From Eledone cirrhosa (taxonomy: Eukaryota), in contig OZ024740.1 in the NCBI GenBank assembly GCA_964016885.1, positions 416,764,001-416,828,000 of the forward strand: a stretch of 64,000 nt of DNA. The letters run 5' to 3'. Shown piece after piece: positions 12,903 to 27,300 of this stretch. Position 1 is the stretch's first letter, and each line of letters starts with the position of its first letter. The notes under the pieces were generated by a model that worked only from the letters and a program-made list of their open reading frames with translations, was not told where the DNA came from and did no database searches. Both the position numbers and the translations under genes were made by a program.

Positions 12903-15900
12903 CTGTTAAAATAGAAAGAAATATTATATAGTAAAAACTTGAGACTAGTAATGCATTCACACACACACACACATATATACATTCATATACACATAAAATG
13001 ATGATGATGATGATGATGATGATACACACATACACCCTTTCTCTTGCTTGTACTTCCTCTCTCCCACTTTTCTCTCTCTCTCCCTATCCCTTTTCTCTCC
13101 CCGTCTCTCTCCCCGTCTCTCTCCCCTCTCCTCTCTCTGATTCGCTCCTCCCACTTCTCTCTCCTCACCCCTTCTCTCTCTTATACACCACTTTTTAATA
13201 AAATTATTACCTTTTCTCCGAATGACATAAGTTTTCATTTTATTCCTTGCATCTTGTTCGAGAACAAACCTGACTCTACAATCGTCAAAATCATCAATAA
13301 ATAAACACACATGTCTTGTCATTTCTGTGTATATATTATCTGAAATACAGAAATTATATTGGTTATCATCATCATCATGATTGTATTGGTTCTGTTTATA
13401 GAAATTATCAATATTATCTGAAATACAAAAATTATATTGATTATCACCATCATCATATTGGTTCTAATCTTAGAAATTATCAATATTATCTGTAATACAG
13501 AAGTTATATTGGTTATGTTAATAGAAATGAAATTATTATATATTAATTTACATAAAATTATGTTGGAATATTTTAATTTAAATTGGAAACCCTTAAATTG
13601 GGTGGTTTTATTTCATAGAACCAGAGCCAGTTTTGACTGGGTTGGTAACTAATAGGTTAATGATGTCTAATAATTGTTTCTACGTTAGGCACAAGGTCAG
13701 CAATTTCCCAGTGTATTACTGGTACTTTATTTTATCGACCTCGGCAGGATTTGAACTCAGAATGGCAAGGGCCGTAACTCTATGCGTCAAAGCATGGCAT
13801 CCGACCCTCTACCAATACTGCCAATCCACCGCCCTATGATGTCTAATAATATTTTCGTTTTTGCTACTCTTAGTATTTCATTGTTTTATTGTTCTGTCCA
13901 TGACATTTAAAAGTCTTCTATATACCCACATCTCAAATAGTTCTATATACCCACATCACAAATGTCTTCTATATACTCACATCACAAAGTCTTCTATATA
14001 CCCACATCTCAAATAGTTCTATATACCCACATCACAAATGTCTTCTATATACCCACATCACAGGGTTCTCTCTAAAAATGAAAGGCAGGCTGTATGATGC
14101 CTGCATACGAACAGTAATGTTACATGGCAGTGAGACCTGGGCATTGTGTGCAGAGGATATACGCAGACTGGAGAGGAACGAAGCTTGCATGCTCCGCTGG
14201 ATGTGTAATAGTAATATATGTGAACGGCAAAGCATAAACGAACTAAGGGCGAAATTAGGAATAAGAGGAATCAGATGTTGTTTACTCGAGAGAAGACTAC
14301 GTTGTTACGGTCACATGATGCGCATGAAAGACGACAGCTGTATCAAAAAGTGCAGGGCAATAAAAATAGACAGTAGCCACGGAGTAGGCAGACCCAGAAA
14401 AACATGGGACGACTTGATAAATTCTGACTTCACACACTTACACCTCTCCAAGACAATGTCACTGGACCGAGATCTTTGGCGCTACACAGTCATACAGAAG
14501 ACCCGCCTTGGCTAAGTACAAAGCGAAACCTACAGTCAGTAGGCACCTCTAACAAAATACACCCCGTCCCACTACTCCCACCCCATCCACACACACCACC
14601 CCCCTTAAATGTGAAGTTATGTTGGTACCACAACATCCAGTCCAAAACAAATGAGGTCGTGTAGGTGTCACGACAAAAAAAACACACAGTCCACGCTGTA
14701 ATGTGGCCATGTAGGTAACACGGTAAAAAACTCCCAGACCACAATGTAAACGTGGTTGGTGTTAGTAAGGGCATCCAGCCGTAGAAAACCCGCCAGACAG
14801 TCCTATATGAGCAGGACAATAAATCTTGCCTCAAGTGGGAAAGCTCCCGTCCAAACCCATGCAAGTGTGGAAGATGGACGTTAAACGATGATGATGATGA
14901 TGATGATGATACCCACATCACGAAAGTCTTCTATATACCCACATCACAAAAGTCTTCTATATACCCACATCTCAAATAGTTCTATATACCCACATCACAA
15001 AAGTCTTCTATATACCCACATCACAAAAGTCTTCTATATACCCACATCACAAAAGTCTTCTATATACCCACATCACAAAACTCTTCTATATACCCACATC
15101 ACAAATGTCTTCTATATACCCACATCTCAAATAGTTCTATATACCCACATCACAAATGTCTTCTATATACCCACATCACAATATCTTCTATATACTCACA
15201 TCACAAATGTCTTCTATATACCCACATCACAAATGTCTTCTATATACCCACATCTCAAATAGTTCTATATACCCACATCACAATGTCTTCTATATACCCA
15301 CATCACAAATGTCTTCTATATACCCACATCTCAAATAGTTCTATATACGCACATCTCAAATAGTTCTATATACCCACATCACAAATGTCTTCTATATACC
15401 CACATCACAATATCTTCTATATACTCACATCACAAAAGTCTTCTATATACCCACATCACAAATGTCTTCCATATACCCACATCACAAATGTCTTCTATAT
15501 ACCCACATCACAAATGTCTTCTATATACCCACATCTCAAATAGTTCTATATACCCACATCTCAAATAGTTCTATATACCCACATCACAAAAGTCTTCTAT
15601 ATACCCACATCACAAAAGTCTTCTATATACCCACATCACAAAGTCTTCTATATACCCACATCTCAAAGTCTTCTATATACCCACATCACAATATCTTCTA
15701 TATACCCACATCACAAATGTCTTCTATATACCCACATCACAATGTCTTCTATATACCCACATCACAAATGTCTTCTATATACCCACATCTCAAATAGTTC
15801 TATATACCCACATCACATCATCATCATCATCATCACCGTTTTACGTCCGTTCTTCCACGCTAGCATGGGTTAGACGGGTTGTCCTGTTGTGGGCAGTGTC

Positions 15901-18900
15901 TGGTCGGCTGACCATGCCTTGCTCATACAGGAACTGATTTGGCTTGGTTTGGCTTGGTTTCTACAGCTGGATGCCCTTCATCACAAAGTCTTCTATATAC
16001 CCACATCACAAAGTCTTCTATATACCCACATCACAAAGTCTTCTATATACCCACATCACAAATGTCTTCTACATACCCACATCTCAAATAGTTCTATATA
16101 CCCACATCTCAAAGTCTTCTATATACCCACATCACAAAGTCTTCTATATACTCACATCACAAAGTCTTCTATATACCCACATCACAAATGTCTTCTATAT
16201 ACCCACATCACAAAGTCTTCTATATACCCACATCTCAAATAGTTCTATATACCCACATCACAAAGTCTTCTATATACCCACATCACAATATCTTCTATAT
16301 ACCTTCTATATAGTTCTATATATCTTCTATATATCTTCTATATATCTTCTATATATCTTCTATATATCTTCTATATATCTTCTATATATCTTCTATATAT
16401 CTTCTATATAGTTGCTGAGATGCTGAAGGCATCAGGGGACGTAGGCACTAAACTGGTTGCACGCATCATCAATCAGGCTATATATGGTGGTGTCATACCC
16501 AAAGACTGGTGCAGCAGTATTCTCATAAATTGCTACAAAGGTAAACGAGATGCTTTGGAGAGGAGCAATTATAGGGGTATAAAACTGATAGATCAGGTTA
16601 TGAAAGTGGCAGAAAGGATTTTAGCACAACTAATTAGAGAAAGGGTCAAACTAGATGAGATGCAGTTTGGTTTTGTGCCTGGGAAGAGTACAACAGATGC
16701 CCTCTTCTTGGTGAAACAATTGCAAGAGAGGTTCTTAGAGAAGAATAAGCCACTATACTTAGCCTTTGTTGACCTAGAGAAGGCCTTTGATAGGGTACCC
16801 CGATCTGTCATCTGGTGGTCCCTAAGGAAGCTAGGTGTTGAGGAATGGCTTGTGAGGACAGTGCAAACTTTGTACAGAGGTACTCTCAGTAAAGTCAGGG
16901 TAGGAATGGAGTTTAGTGAGGAATTCCAGATACAAGTAGGAGTACATCAGGGTTCGGTCCTCAGCCCGCTCTTGTTCATTATAGTCCTCCAAGCCATAAC
17001 AGAGGAGTTTAAGACTGGCTGTCCATGGGAACTTCTCTATGCTGACGATCTGGTTCTTATAGCAGAATCAGTAGAGGAGCTAGAGAATAAATTCTGGCTA
17101 TGGAAACAGCAGTTGGAAGCAAGAGGACTGAGAGTGAATCTAGCTAAGACAAAAGTGTTGATGAGTAGAAAAGAGGACAAAACCCTGATTCCGTCAGGGA
17201 AATGGCCATGTTCGATATGCAGAAAAGGAACTGGCATAAATTCTATAAAATGCACACAATGCAGATCCTGGGTACACAAGAGATGTAGCGGGATAGCAGG
17301 CAAACTAACAGGTAGGGAGAAATATGTATGCAGTAGATGTACAGGGAAATTAGACAGTAGAAGTCGCATTGATAGACACATTTTTCAAATGCAGGAGAGC
17401 GCTATAGAAGTGGTGGATAGCTTCCGGTACCTAGGAGATCAGATTAGCATGGGAGGAGGGTGTTCCGAGGCCATAGTATCTAGAATAAGGACGGGTTAGA
17501 AGAAGTTTAGGGAGCTGCTTCCTCTGTTGACGAAGAAGGGATTCTCCCTGCGTACGAAAGGCCGGTTGTATGATGCCTGTGTGAGGAGCGCGATGCTGCA
17601 TGGTAGTGAGACATGGGCAGCAACTGCAGAAGATATGCGACGGCTGGAGAGAAATGAGGCAAGCATGCTCCGTTGGATGTGCAGTGTAAATGTGCGTGAA
17701 CGACCCAGCATAAATGTGTTGAGAGAGAAACTGTGTCTGAGAGGGATAGAATGTAGTGTACGGGAGAGGAGACTGAAGTGGTATGGACATGTGATGCGCA
17801 TGGAGGATGACCGATGGGTGAAGAAGTGCCAGGAATTGCCAGTTGAAGGAAGACGTGGTAGAGGTAGACCACGAAAAACATGGGCGGAGGTGGTGAGAAC
17901 AGACCTCAGATCGCTGAAGTTCACGGTGGAGATGACGAAGGACCGTGGCGAGTGGAGAGATGCTGTGCTGAATAAGACCCGTCCCACCCTTGCAAGCAGG
18001 GAAAAGCGGACGTAAAATGATGATGATGATGATGATGATGATACCCACATCACAAATGTCTTCTATATACCCACATCACAAAGTCTTCTATATACCCACA
18101 TCTCAAATAGTTCTATATACCCACATCACAAAAGTCTTCTATATACCCACATCACAAAAGTCTTCTATATACCCACATCTCAAAGTCTTCTATATACCCA
18201 CATCACAAAAGTCTTCTATATACCCACATCTCAAAGTCTTCTATATACCCACATCACAAAGCCTTCTATATACCCACATCACAATATCTTCTATATACCC
18301 ACATCACAAATGTCTTCTATATACCCACATCACAAAGCCTTCTATATACCCACATCACAAAGTCTTCTATATACCCACATCACAAATGTCTTCTATATAC
18401 CCACATCTCAAATAGTTCTATATACCCACATCACAAAAGTCTTCTATATACCCACATCACAAAAGTCTTCTATATACCCACATCTCAAAGTCTTCTATAT
18501 ACCCACATCACAAAGCCTTCTATATACCCACATCACAATATCTTCTATATACCCACATCACAAATGACTTCTATATACCCACATCACAAAGCCTTCTATA
18601 TACCCACATCACAAAGTCTTCTATATACCCACATCACAAATGTCTTCTATATACCCACATCACAAAGCCTTCTATATACCCACATCTCAAATAGTTCTAT
18701 ATACCCACATCACAAAGCCTTCTATATACCCACATCACAAAGTCTTCTATATACCCACATCACAAATGTCTTCTATATACCCACATCACAAAGCCTTTTA
18801 TATACCCACATCACAAAGTCTTCTATATACCCACATCACAAATGTCTTTTATATACCCACATCACAAAGCCTTCTATATACCCACATCTCAAATAGTTCT

Positions 18901-19973
18901 ATATACCCACATCACAAAGCCTTCTATATACCCACATCACAAAGTCTTCTATATACCCACATCACAAATGTCTTCTATATACCCACATCACAAAGCCTTC
19001 TATATACCCACATCACAAAGTCTTCTATATACCCACATCACAAATGTCTTCTATATACCCACATCTCAAATAGTTCTATATACCCACATCACAAAAGTCT
19101 TCTATATACCCACATCACAAAGTCTTCTATATACCCACATCACAACTAGTTCCCAGTATGAAATATTTATTTATTTAAATACTTTCCTTAGACTTAATAA
19201 GTCTCATATTCATTAATAAGGAACTTACCCAAACTGTCAACTAAATGGATAGGATCACACTTTATACATTGTTCAAATGTTAATGTCCCGGTACCAAACA
19301 CTTTGCATAAGACACATTGTTTCATTTTCTCACAGTTGTTCACACATGTCTGAAATAAAAAGTATCAAGGATGTTAACCAATCTGGAATATACATTGTTT
19401 CCCTAAAGTCGCTGGACCATTATAATGGATGTTAAATGATGATATGTATAAGTATTTATATATATATATCATCATTTTACGTCCGCTTTTCCCTGCTTGA
19501 TTTCTACAGATGGATGCCTTTCCTAACACCAACCTCATTTACAGGGAGTGCTGGGTGCTTTTTTTCCATGGCGCCTACACGTCCACTTTACAGTGTGGGC
19601 TGAGTGCTTTTTTCTTTTTGCCGTGGCACCTCCACGACTACTTTGCAGTGAAATGAGATGATAGGACTGGCGTCCCTATCATCTCATTTCTACAGCTGAG
19701 TAAACTGGAGCAACGTGAAATAAAGTGTCTTGCTCAAGGAAACAACACATCACCCGGTCTGAGAATTGAACTCACAACCTTTCAATTGCAAGGCCAATGC
19801 TAAAACAACTGTAAGACGCAAATGCGGCTTATTTCATATCCAGAATAATGAGAGATATTAGGAGTAAATCCAGTTGGTATACATCCAGTCATCTTAGATT
19901 TAAACAACAGAGCTTATATTAACAAAGAAAAAGTCAATAATGTGTTAATTGTTGAACTTGGTGACTTTTTCTT

Positions 19974-20046
<73 letters not shown>

Positions 20047-20256
20047 ATAATAATAAATGCGAAGACTAAAATCCACCAAAGAGGGCTCGATAAGGATGAA
20101 TATATATCAAATATATAAGGACCCCAGAGCAAATATTTATTAAAATAACAGATTAAAGTTTAAGCAAAGAATCGCTGCTTTCACCCTTAACGGGAGTTTC
20201 AGAAGATCCCGTTAAGGGTGAAAGCAGCGATTCCTTGCTTAAACTTTAATCTGTTA

Positions 20257-20289
<33 letters not shown>

Positions 20290-21625
20290 CATCATCATCA
20301 CCGTTTTATGTCAATTTCTCCATGCTAGAATGGGTATTTATATACTGGGTGCTACCACCCTACTGTGAATTGCTGTAGTACTTGTTTGTTACATTTTCAT
20401 TTGCCTGATACTGCCAACAAGGATTGTGTGGTCTTTAATACCATGATAACTGGAGACAAGACATAAGTGTACAGGTACAACCTATCCCGCATCCCACATT
20501 GCAAAGATCCCAAAAGGACATCAGGTGTAGAGCAACTCAAGGTGATGCTGACTATTTTTTTTACTAGTAAGGTGTTGTACATCTCAATTAAGGACAAACA
20601 ATTGCAAAGGAGTATTATGAAGAAGCCCTCTGATTTCTTCATGGTGCAATTCAGTGCAAGAGACCGGATCCGTGAGCCTTACAAAACTGGCAACTACATC
20701 ATGACAATACTCTGGCTCATTTGTCGTCATTCTTAACAAAGAAAAGCATTTTGCTCATTCTCCAGGCTCCCTAAACTTCTGACCATTGGTTGTTTCCTAA
20801 ACAGTAGAAATATCACAGGGCTGAGGGATGTGAAAACACAAGAGACCTACTTCAAAATGAACAATTGAACCCCATTAAATATGTATTTTTTCTCCACCCT
20901 AACATTGGATAGTGGAGACGTGTGGCCTAGTGGCAAGGGTGTTGGACTTCTGATCATAATGTTGTGGGTTTGATTCCTGGACTGGGTTATGTATTGTGTT
21001 ATTCAGCAAAACACTTCATTTCACCTTGCTCCAGTACACTCAGCTGTAAATGGGTCCCAACAATAGCTGGAGGTTTAACCCTGCAATGGACTGGTGTCCT
21101 GTCCAGAAGGAAGTCTTGTACTCTCAGTCGCTTCACGCCATGAAACCAGGATAAGCACCGGCCTAATGAGTCCTCTGGCTTAAGACAGACTTTAGACCTG
21201 TTTTAGGTCTAAGATTGGATACTTTTTTAAAAGACCTTGTAGTATGTAGTAATTTATTTTAAGAATTATAGAATATGAGAGTGAATTTAAATAACCATCA
21301 AAAGAGAGATATGTCAATAATCTTTACCTACCGGACACGATTCACATGTTGGTCCAGCATAACTTCCAGTGCATGTGCACTGGTTGTTTGTACAGATTCC
21401 TTTTTCGTTACATATAAGCTGCAGAAAGAATTAAAATGCAATCTTGTTAATATCTTTGTAGTTATAAATGTTAAATTCTTTTGGCACAATTAAACAGAGT
21501 TTGGAGGTTTACACAACAATTATATGCATTTTATATTGTTTTTGTTCTTTAGTTTGATTTAACCATGACATGAAGACCTTTCTAGAGCACCACCATCAAA
21601 CATTTGATACACACACACACACGCG

Positions 21626-21671
<46 letters not shown>

Positions 21672-24300
21672 ACCACCACCACCACCACCACCACCACCAC
21701 CACTTAAGGAAGATTTTAGGTGCTATTTCTAGAAGTGCCAGAAAACATGCAGATGCTCCCTCTTTTGCTCACTGGTGTGATGAACTTTTCCTTAAACAAA
21801 AGGAAAGAATAAATTAATATTGAATTATGGCAATGACGCAGATTATTTTTTTCAATGAGAGGAATGAAGTTTGTTGAATCAAGTTCAGTGTATTACTGGT
21901 ATCTATTTATTTATGTCAACTTGGAATATTATTGGTATTTTAGAGTTTAGTAGGAGAAAAAATCATGTCAACCTTATAGAAGCTAATAATGGTTTCTAAT
22001 TTAACTCTTTACCATTTACAATACTCTATATTTACCACTAGCTGAGGTACCCAGTAATACCCGGGAGCGGGGGTATTCCCATTAAAATACCCAATGCCTC
22101 TCAGACCAAAAATGAAATCAAAATATAGGACAGGTAATCAAAAGCGAAGACAAATTCATTCACGAAACAATAATACAAATAAATATTGTTGATTGCATTG
22201 ATCAGGCGAAAAAATGTTTGTCAGAGAAGTTATGTTGCTATAAGGAAAAAAATAGAACCCCCATTAGGGTGTCTTAATATTATTAAAATTTGCTAAAATT
22301 TTGTGAATAGGCATTATATCTTGTCAATTACCTATGGTTTAAATTTCATATAAATCGAAGGGAAAAGATTTTCAGCAGGGGTTCGAGCCCCTGGGGAACC
22401 CTTTGATTAAAATGAAATATACGTATGAAATCAAATGGGCATGTGCCCCACACACATGTCAAGTTTCATCAAGATTGGTTTGGTAGTTTTAGGTTCACAA
22501 ACAAATCCACAAACACACAGAAATTGCCATTTATGTATATAGATTATATTTTCACAGTAAAGGCTTTACCTCACATAATATCGAATCTATGAGATTTCGA
22601 TATCATTTATTTTGAGAACAATACTTTAACATAAGTATGAGCAGCCGGTTACAGCCAGTTTGAACAGAAAGAGGTGAGAGAATTCTGGCCAGATACAGCC
22701 GATTTAAATATTAAAATGTTAAGGCACAAGTCCACCAATTTTTGAAAAGGGGAAGGTCGATTATATCGATCTCAGTGCATTAATGGTGTTTTATCGACCC
22801 TGTAAGGATGAAAGGTAAAGCTGACTTCGACAGGATTTGAACTCCGAGCATAAAATGGCGGAACAAATACCGCAAAGTATTTTGTCGGATGCACTACCAG
22901 TTCTACTAATCGAATAATAATTGTTTCTACTTTTGACAAAGGCCAGCAATTTGAAAGGAAGGGGAAACATTGATTAAATCAATCCCAGTATGCTATGGTG
23001 CTTTATTTTATTGACCCTATAAGAATGAAAGGCAAAGTTAACCTCAGCGGGATTAGAACCCAGAAGACAAAGGGCCGTAACTCTATGCTGCAAAGCATGT
23101 TGTCTAATGCCATACTGATACTACTAATCCACGACCCTTAAATAATCGTTTCTGATTTAGGCACAAGGCCAAACATTTTGGGGGAGGGTCAAGCTGATTA
23201 AATTGACTCCAGTACATTACTGGTACTTTATTTTCTTGACCCTGTAAGGATGAAAGGCAAAGCTAATCTCGGCGGAATTTGAACTCAAAATGTAAAGGGC
23301 CACAACCAAATGGTGCAAAGCATTATGCCTGACACACTGATCTTTCTGACAATCTACCGCCTCTTTATAGAACTTAATAATATCAATATAAAGCAAAAAA
23401 GAAATTACTAACTCCATTTGATGCCAGACATCTATCTGTTGCTTTGGTAACAGAACAACTAGAACCCTCAAAGCCACTCTTGCAATGACATTCTCCACAA
23501 TCACACATGCCTCGTTTTACACCTACAAACAGAAAATAATGTTAATTAGATTTATACAAAATAAATACTGGAAAAAAGCAACAAATATTTGGTGTGAACA
23601 TCACTGAAAAGAAGTGACATAGTCACTACTTTAAAACTGATAGCATATAGTCTTCTAAATGTTTTTAATTAAACATACGGTATATTACCAAATATACTAT
23701 ACAACATTGATGTATACATCGCTATTTCAGAGCACCAATCCTAATACCTTAATTTTTGCTGGACCGGCAATTGCTCTGTATAATCAGCGCCTGATTATTA
23801 CTGGAATTCTATAAGAATCCAGCTTCTATAATTTTCGGTGAAGGCAGAGGAGTGAGTGGCTCTGATGAACACCAACCAGCGTGAAACAGACTGTCAGCTT
23901 CTCTCCCTTCTTTCGCCGAAAATAAGTGACATAGTCACTACTTTAAAATTGATAGTGTAGGGTCTTCTAAATGTTTTTTAATTAAACATACGCTATATTA
24001 TCAAATATATTATACATACATTCATGTATACATCGCTATTTCAGAGCACCAATCCTAATATATATATATATGTGTATGTAAAAGGTAAACAGAAATAACA
24101 CAATCGGTACAGTATATGGAAGGAATATATTAGGTTAATGCTTGAAATAGCAGCAAGAGGGTCTTGACGTTTTGGACGCTAGTCCTTCAACAGAAGAAAG
24201 AATGAGAAACAATATAGATTAAGGGGACAGACGAGTTGGAATTGGAAAAATGTCTTTAGATAAAAATAACAGGTCTATTCATGTTAACATCTCTTGGAAA

Positions 24301-24381
<81 letters not shown>

Positions 24382-27300
24382 CTGGGTTCAGTCGGGGATA
24401 ACTACACTAAGTAAGGTACTGAATACATTCAATATATTAGTAGAGTGTAAATATCATGTTTAATATAGAAATGGCTTCTACAGGACTAGAACTGTTTCAT
24501 TCAAAAGAAATCACAAGGAAAGCCCTCATGATTTCTTTTGAATAAAATAGTTCTAGTCCTAGCAAAAGAACTGCCCAGAGGTTCTTCTGCTGGTATTGTC
24601 TAATAATTATAATGAAAATTAAAGATGTTCAGCAACTAGTTTACCGCCACAAAGTTTCCCGTTGTAGTAGTCACAGCTGTAATCATCACATTCACAGAAC
24701 TGACCGCTATAAAACTGATTGGAATTCTGAAAATATAAAGATAAGAACAAATATAAAATAATTGTTTCTACTTTTGGCACAAGAGCAGTACTGGTACTTT
24801 ATTTTATCGACCCTGTAAAGATGAAAGGCAAAGTTAACCTCGACGGGATTTGAACTCAGATATAAAATAATAATATAATTTCAATTTTGATTTTTTCTTA
24901 AAAAATTTACTTGATCACTTTAAAAGATTTTTCTTAATGAAATTTTGAAATTTTAGGATGTATGCCTAGACTAAATTAGAAATTATAAATATGTTCTTCT
25001 CCTCCTCCTTTCCCTTTATCATCATCATCATCGTCGTCGCCATCATCATCTTCTTTATCCACTCATTCCTGAGAGGGTCGTGGGAGCCGAGTCCTCAAAC
25101 ACTCCTTCCAGCGGGTCCTGTCAGAAGCAACCATTTCGAAATGATCAAGCTGGATCCCCAAAAGAAACCAGCCAAGCTCATAGATATTATATCGACATCT
25201 TGCAGAGAGTCTACCCCTGGGTCTCCTGTAGATTAACTTTGTGTGTATTAAAAATGTTTCATCTATGACTCATGAATAGGTTTTCTTTGACAGTAGAAAC
25301 ATGTTAACATTGACACTGAAAACAAGTAAAGGATTAAATGTTATGACAAAAGAAACAAAATATTTACCTTTGAATGACATTGGCAAACTCCCAGGACACA
25401 GTTCCCTCGGTTGGAACAGATACTTGATGTATTGCTGTGTGTGATGTAACAAAAACAAAGAGATGAAAACAAATGATACGTGCTTTAACCCTTCAACAGT
25501 TACATTACTCTATATTTACTATTGTATTTTCATGGTAAAGGCTTTACCTCACATAACATTTACATTACTCTATATATAGTATTGTATTTTCATGGTAAAA
25601 GCTTTACCTCACATAATATCTCACATAACATTTACATTACTCTATATATACTATTGTATTTTCATGGTAAAGGCTTTACCTCACATAACATTTACATTAC
25701 TCTATATATAGTATTGTATTTTCATGGTAAAGGCTTTACCTCACATAATATCTCACATAACATTTATATTACTCTATATATACTATTGTATTTTCATGGT
25801 AAAGACTTTACCTCATATAATATCTCACATAACATTTACATTACTCTATATATACTATTGTATTTTCATGGTAAAGGCTTTATCTCACATAATATTTCAC
25901 ATAACATTTACATTACTCTATATTTACTATTGTATTTTCATGGTAAAGGCTTTACCTCACATAATATTTCACATAACATTTAGATTACTCTATATATACT
26001 ATTGTATTTTCATGGTAAAGGCTTTAACCTGCAAAATTCATGAGTTCAAAATTTCAACATTAAGCTTCCATTTTGCTTCATTTCCATTAAAAAGTCTTTT
26101 AAGACAATATTTTTACTTGAAAACAAGCCTATTTGAATACACCGTAAAACAAGCAAATATTTTGTAAAAAAAAGCATTCATCTCGAATAAAGTCTTATGA
26201 GATTTTCATTTAGAAGCAATGATTTTAAACGACAGACAGATAAAGCATTTTTTTTTTTTTTTTTCATGTCCATCCAATTTCTTTGTTTCAAAATAACTGA
26301 TAGTTTGGTTACGCTGATGTTTTTCTCTGAGACATGTGTTGCAGTGTTTACATTTTCGATTTGTTAATAGATTACCAGTGCAGTTTTATCCCCAGCATCC
26401 TCTTTTGTTTTAACATTCGTGTTATGGTTATGTTTTCTTAACTTCATAAGGCATACTGTTAATCAAAAGTACCACATGAAAGTCTACACTGTAGATTCTA
26501 CAGTTTTCAAGCCAAGAAAGGAATTTAACATTGTAACTTTAATACAGTTATTGAGCAGCCCCAAGCAACGCCGGGCTTTGCTGCTAGTCTATATATATAA
26601 AACTGAGGTTGTCTGTCTGTCTGTCTGTCTATCTGTCTATCTACTAAAACGGTCGGCACACATCTCCTCTTAAACCGTACGTTCAGATTTCGGTGAAATT
26701 GCTACACTTATAGATGAAGGTCCGGCGGAGACATGGGTCAAAATATTTTTCAAATCGACCCACGCCAACTGCAAAAATCGAATTTGTAATGTATTGATTT
26801 TTCAGTTCAAATGTATAAATAGAGATGAGAGACGAGTTATTTCCCTTTTATATATAAAACTGAGGTTGTCTGTCTGTCTACTAAAACGGTCAGCACACAT
26901 CTCCTCTTAAACCGTACGTTCAGATTTCGGTGAAATTGCTACACTTATAGATGAAGGTCCGGCGGAGACATCGGTCAAAATATTTTTCAAATCGACCCAC
27001 GCCAACTGCAAAAATCGAATTTGTAATGTATTGATTTTTCAGTTCAAATGTATGAGATGAGAGACGAGTTATTTCCCTTTTAAGGCGTTATTTGTTTATC
27101 TATTTACGTTACGAACAAACTACGCGTACAAAAATACGCGAACAGTTTTCGGGCCAGCAAAATTTTAACCTGCAAAATTCATGAGTTCGAAGCTTCAACA
27201 TTAAGCTTCCATTTTGCTTCATTTCCATTAAAAAGTCTTTAAAACAATATTTCAGCGCATCAGTCTCGCCATCACCCGAGGCAACGCTGCGAGTGTGCTG

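Larger units (their letters stand above)
13912..19145. repeat. 23/24-bp minisatellite interrupted by three RTE insertions
   Basis: Unit gtcttctatatacccacatcacaaa(t) and the variant ctcaaatagttc; blocks at 13912-14061, 14909-15816, 15979-16300 and 18041-19145. Confidence 0.95.

Noticed and set aside
12957-13322. 121-aa ORF as a standalone gene
   Set aside because: Only the first part (to 13211) is the real exon. The rest is read-through into intronic (GA)n, (CAT)n and (TG)n repeats.
14888-19216. ORFs of the type SSIYPHHK/VFYIPTSQ
   Set aside because: These are translations of the 23/24-bp minisatellite.
20913-21000. tRNA gene
   Set aside because: The A/B-box-like head continues into a SINE body, no intact cloverleaf forms, and multiple degenerate copies are present.
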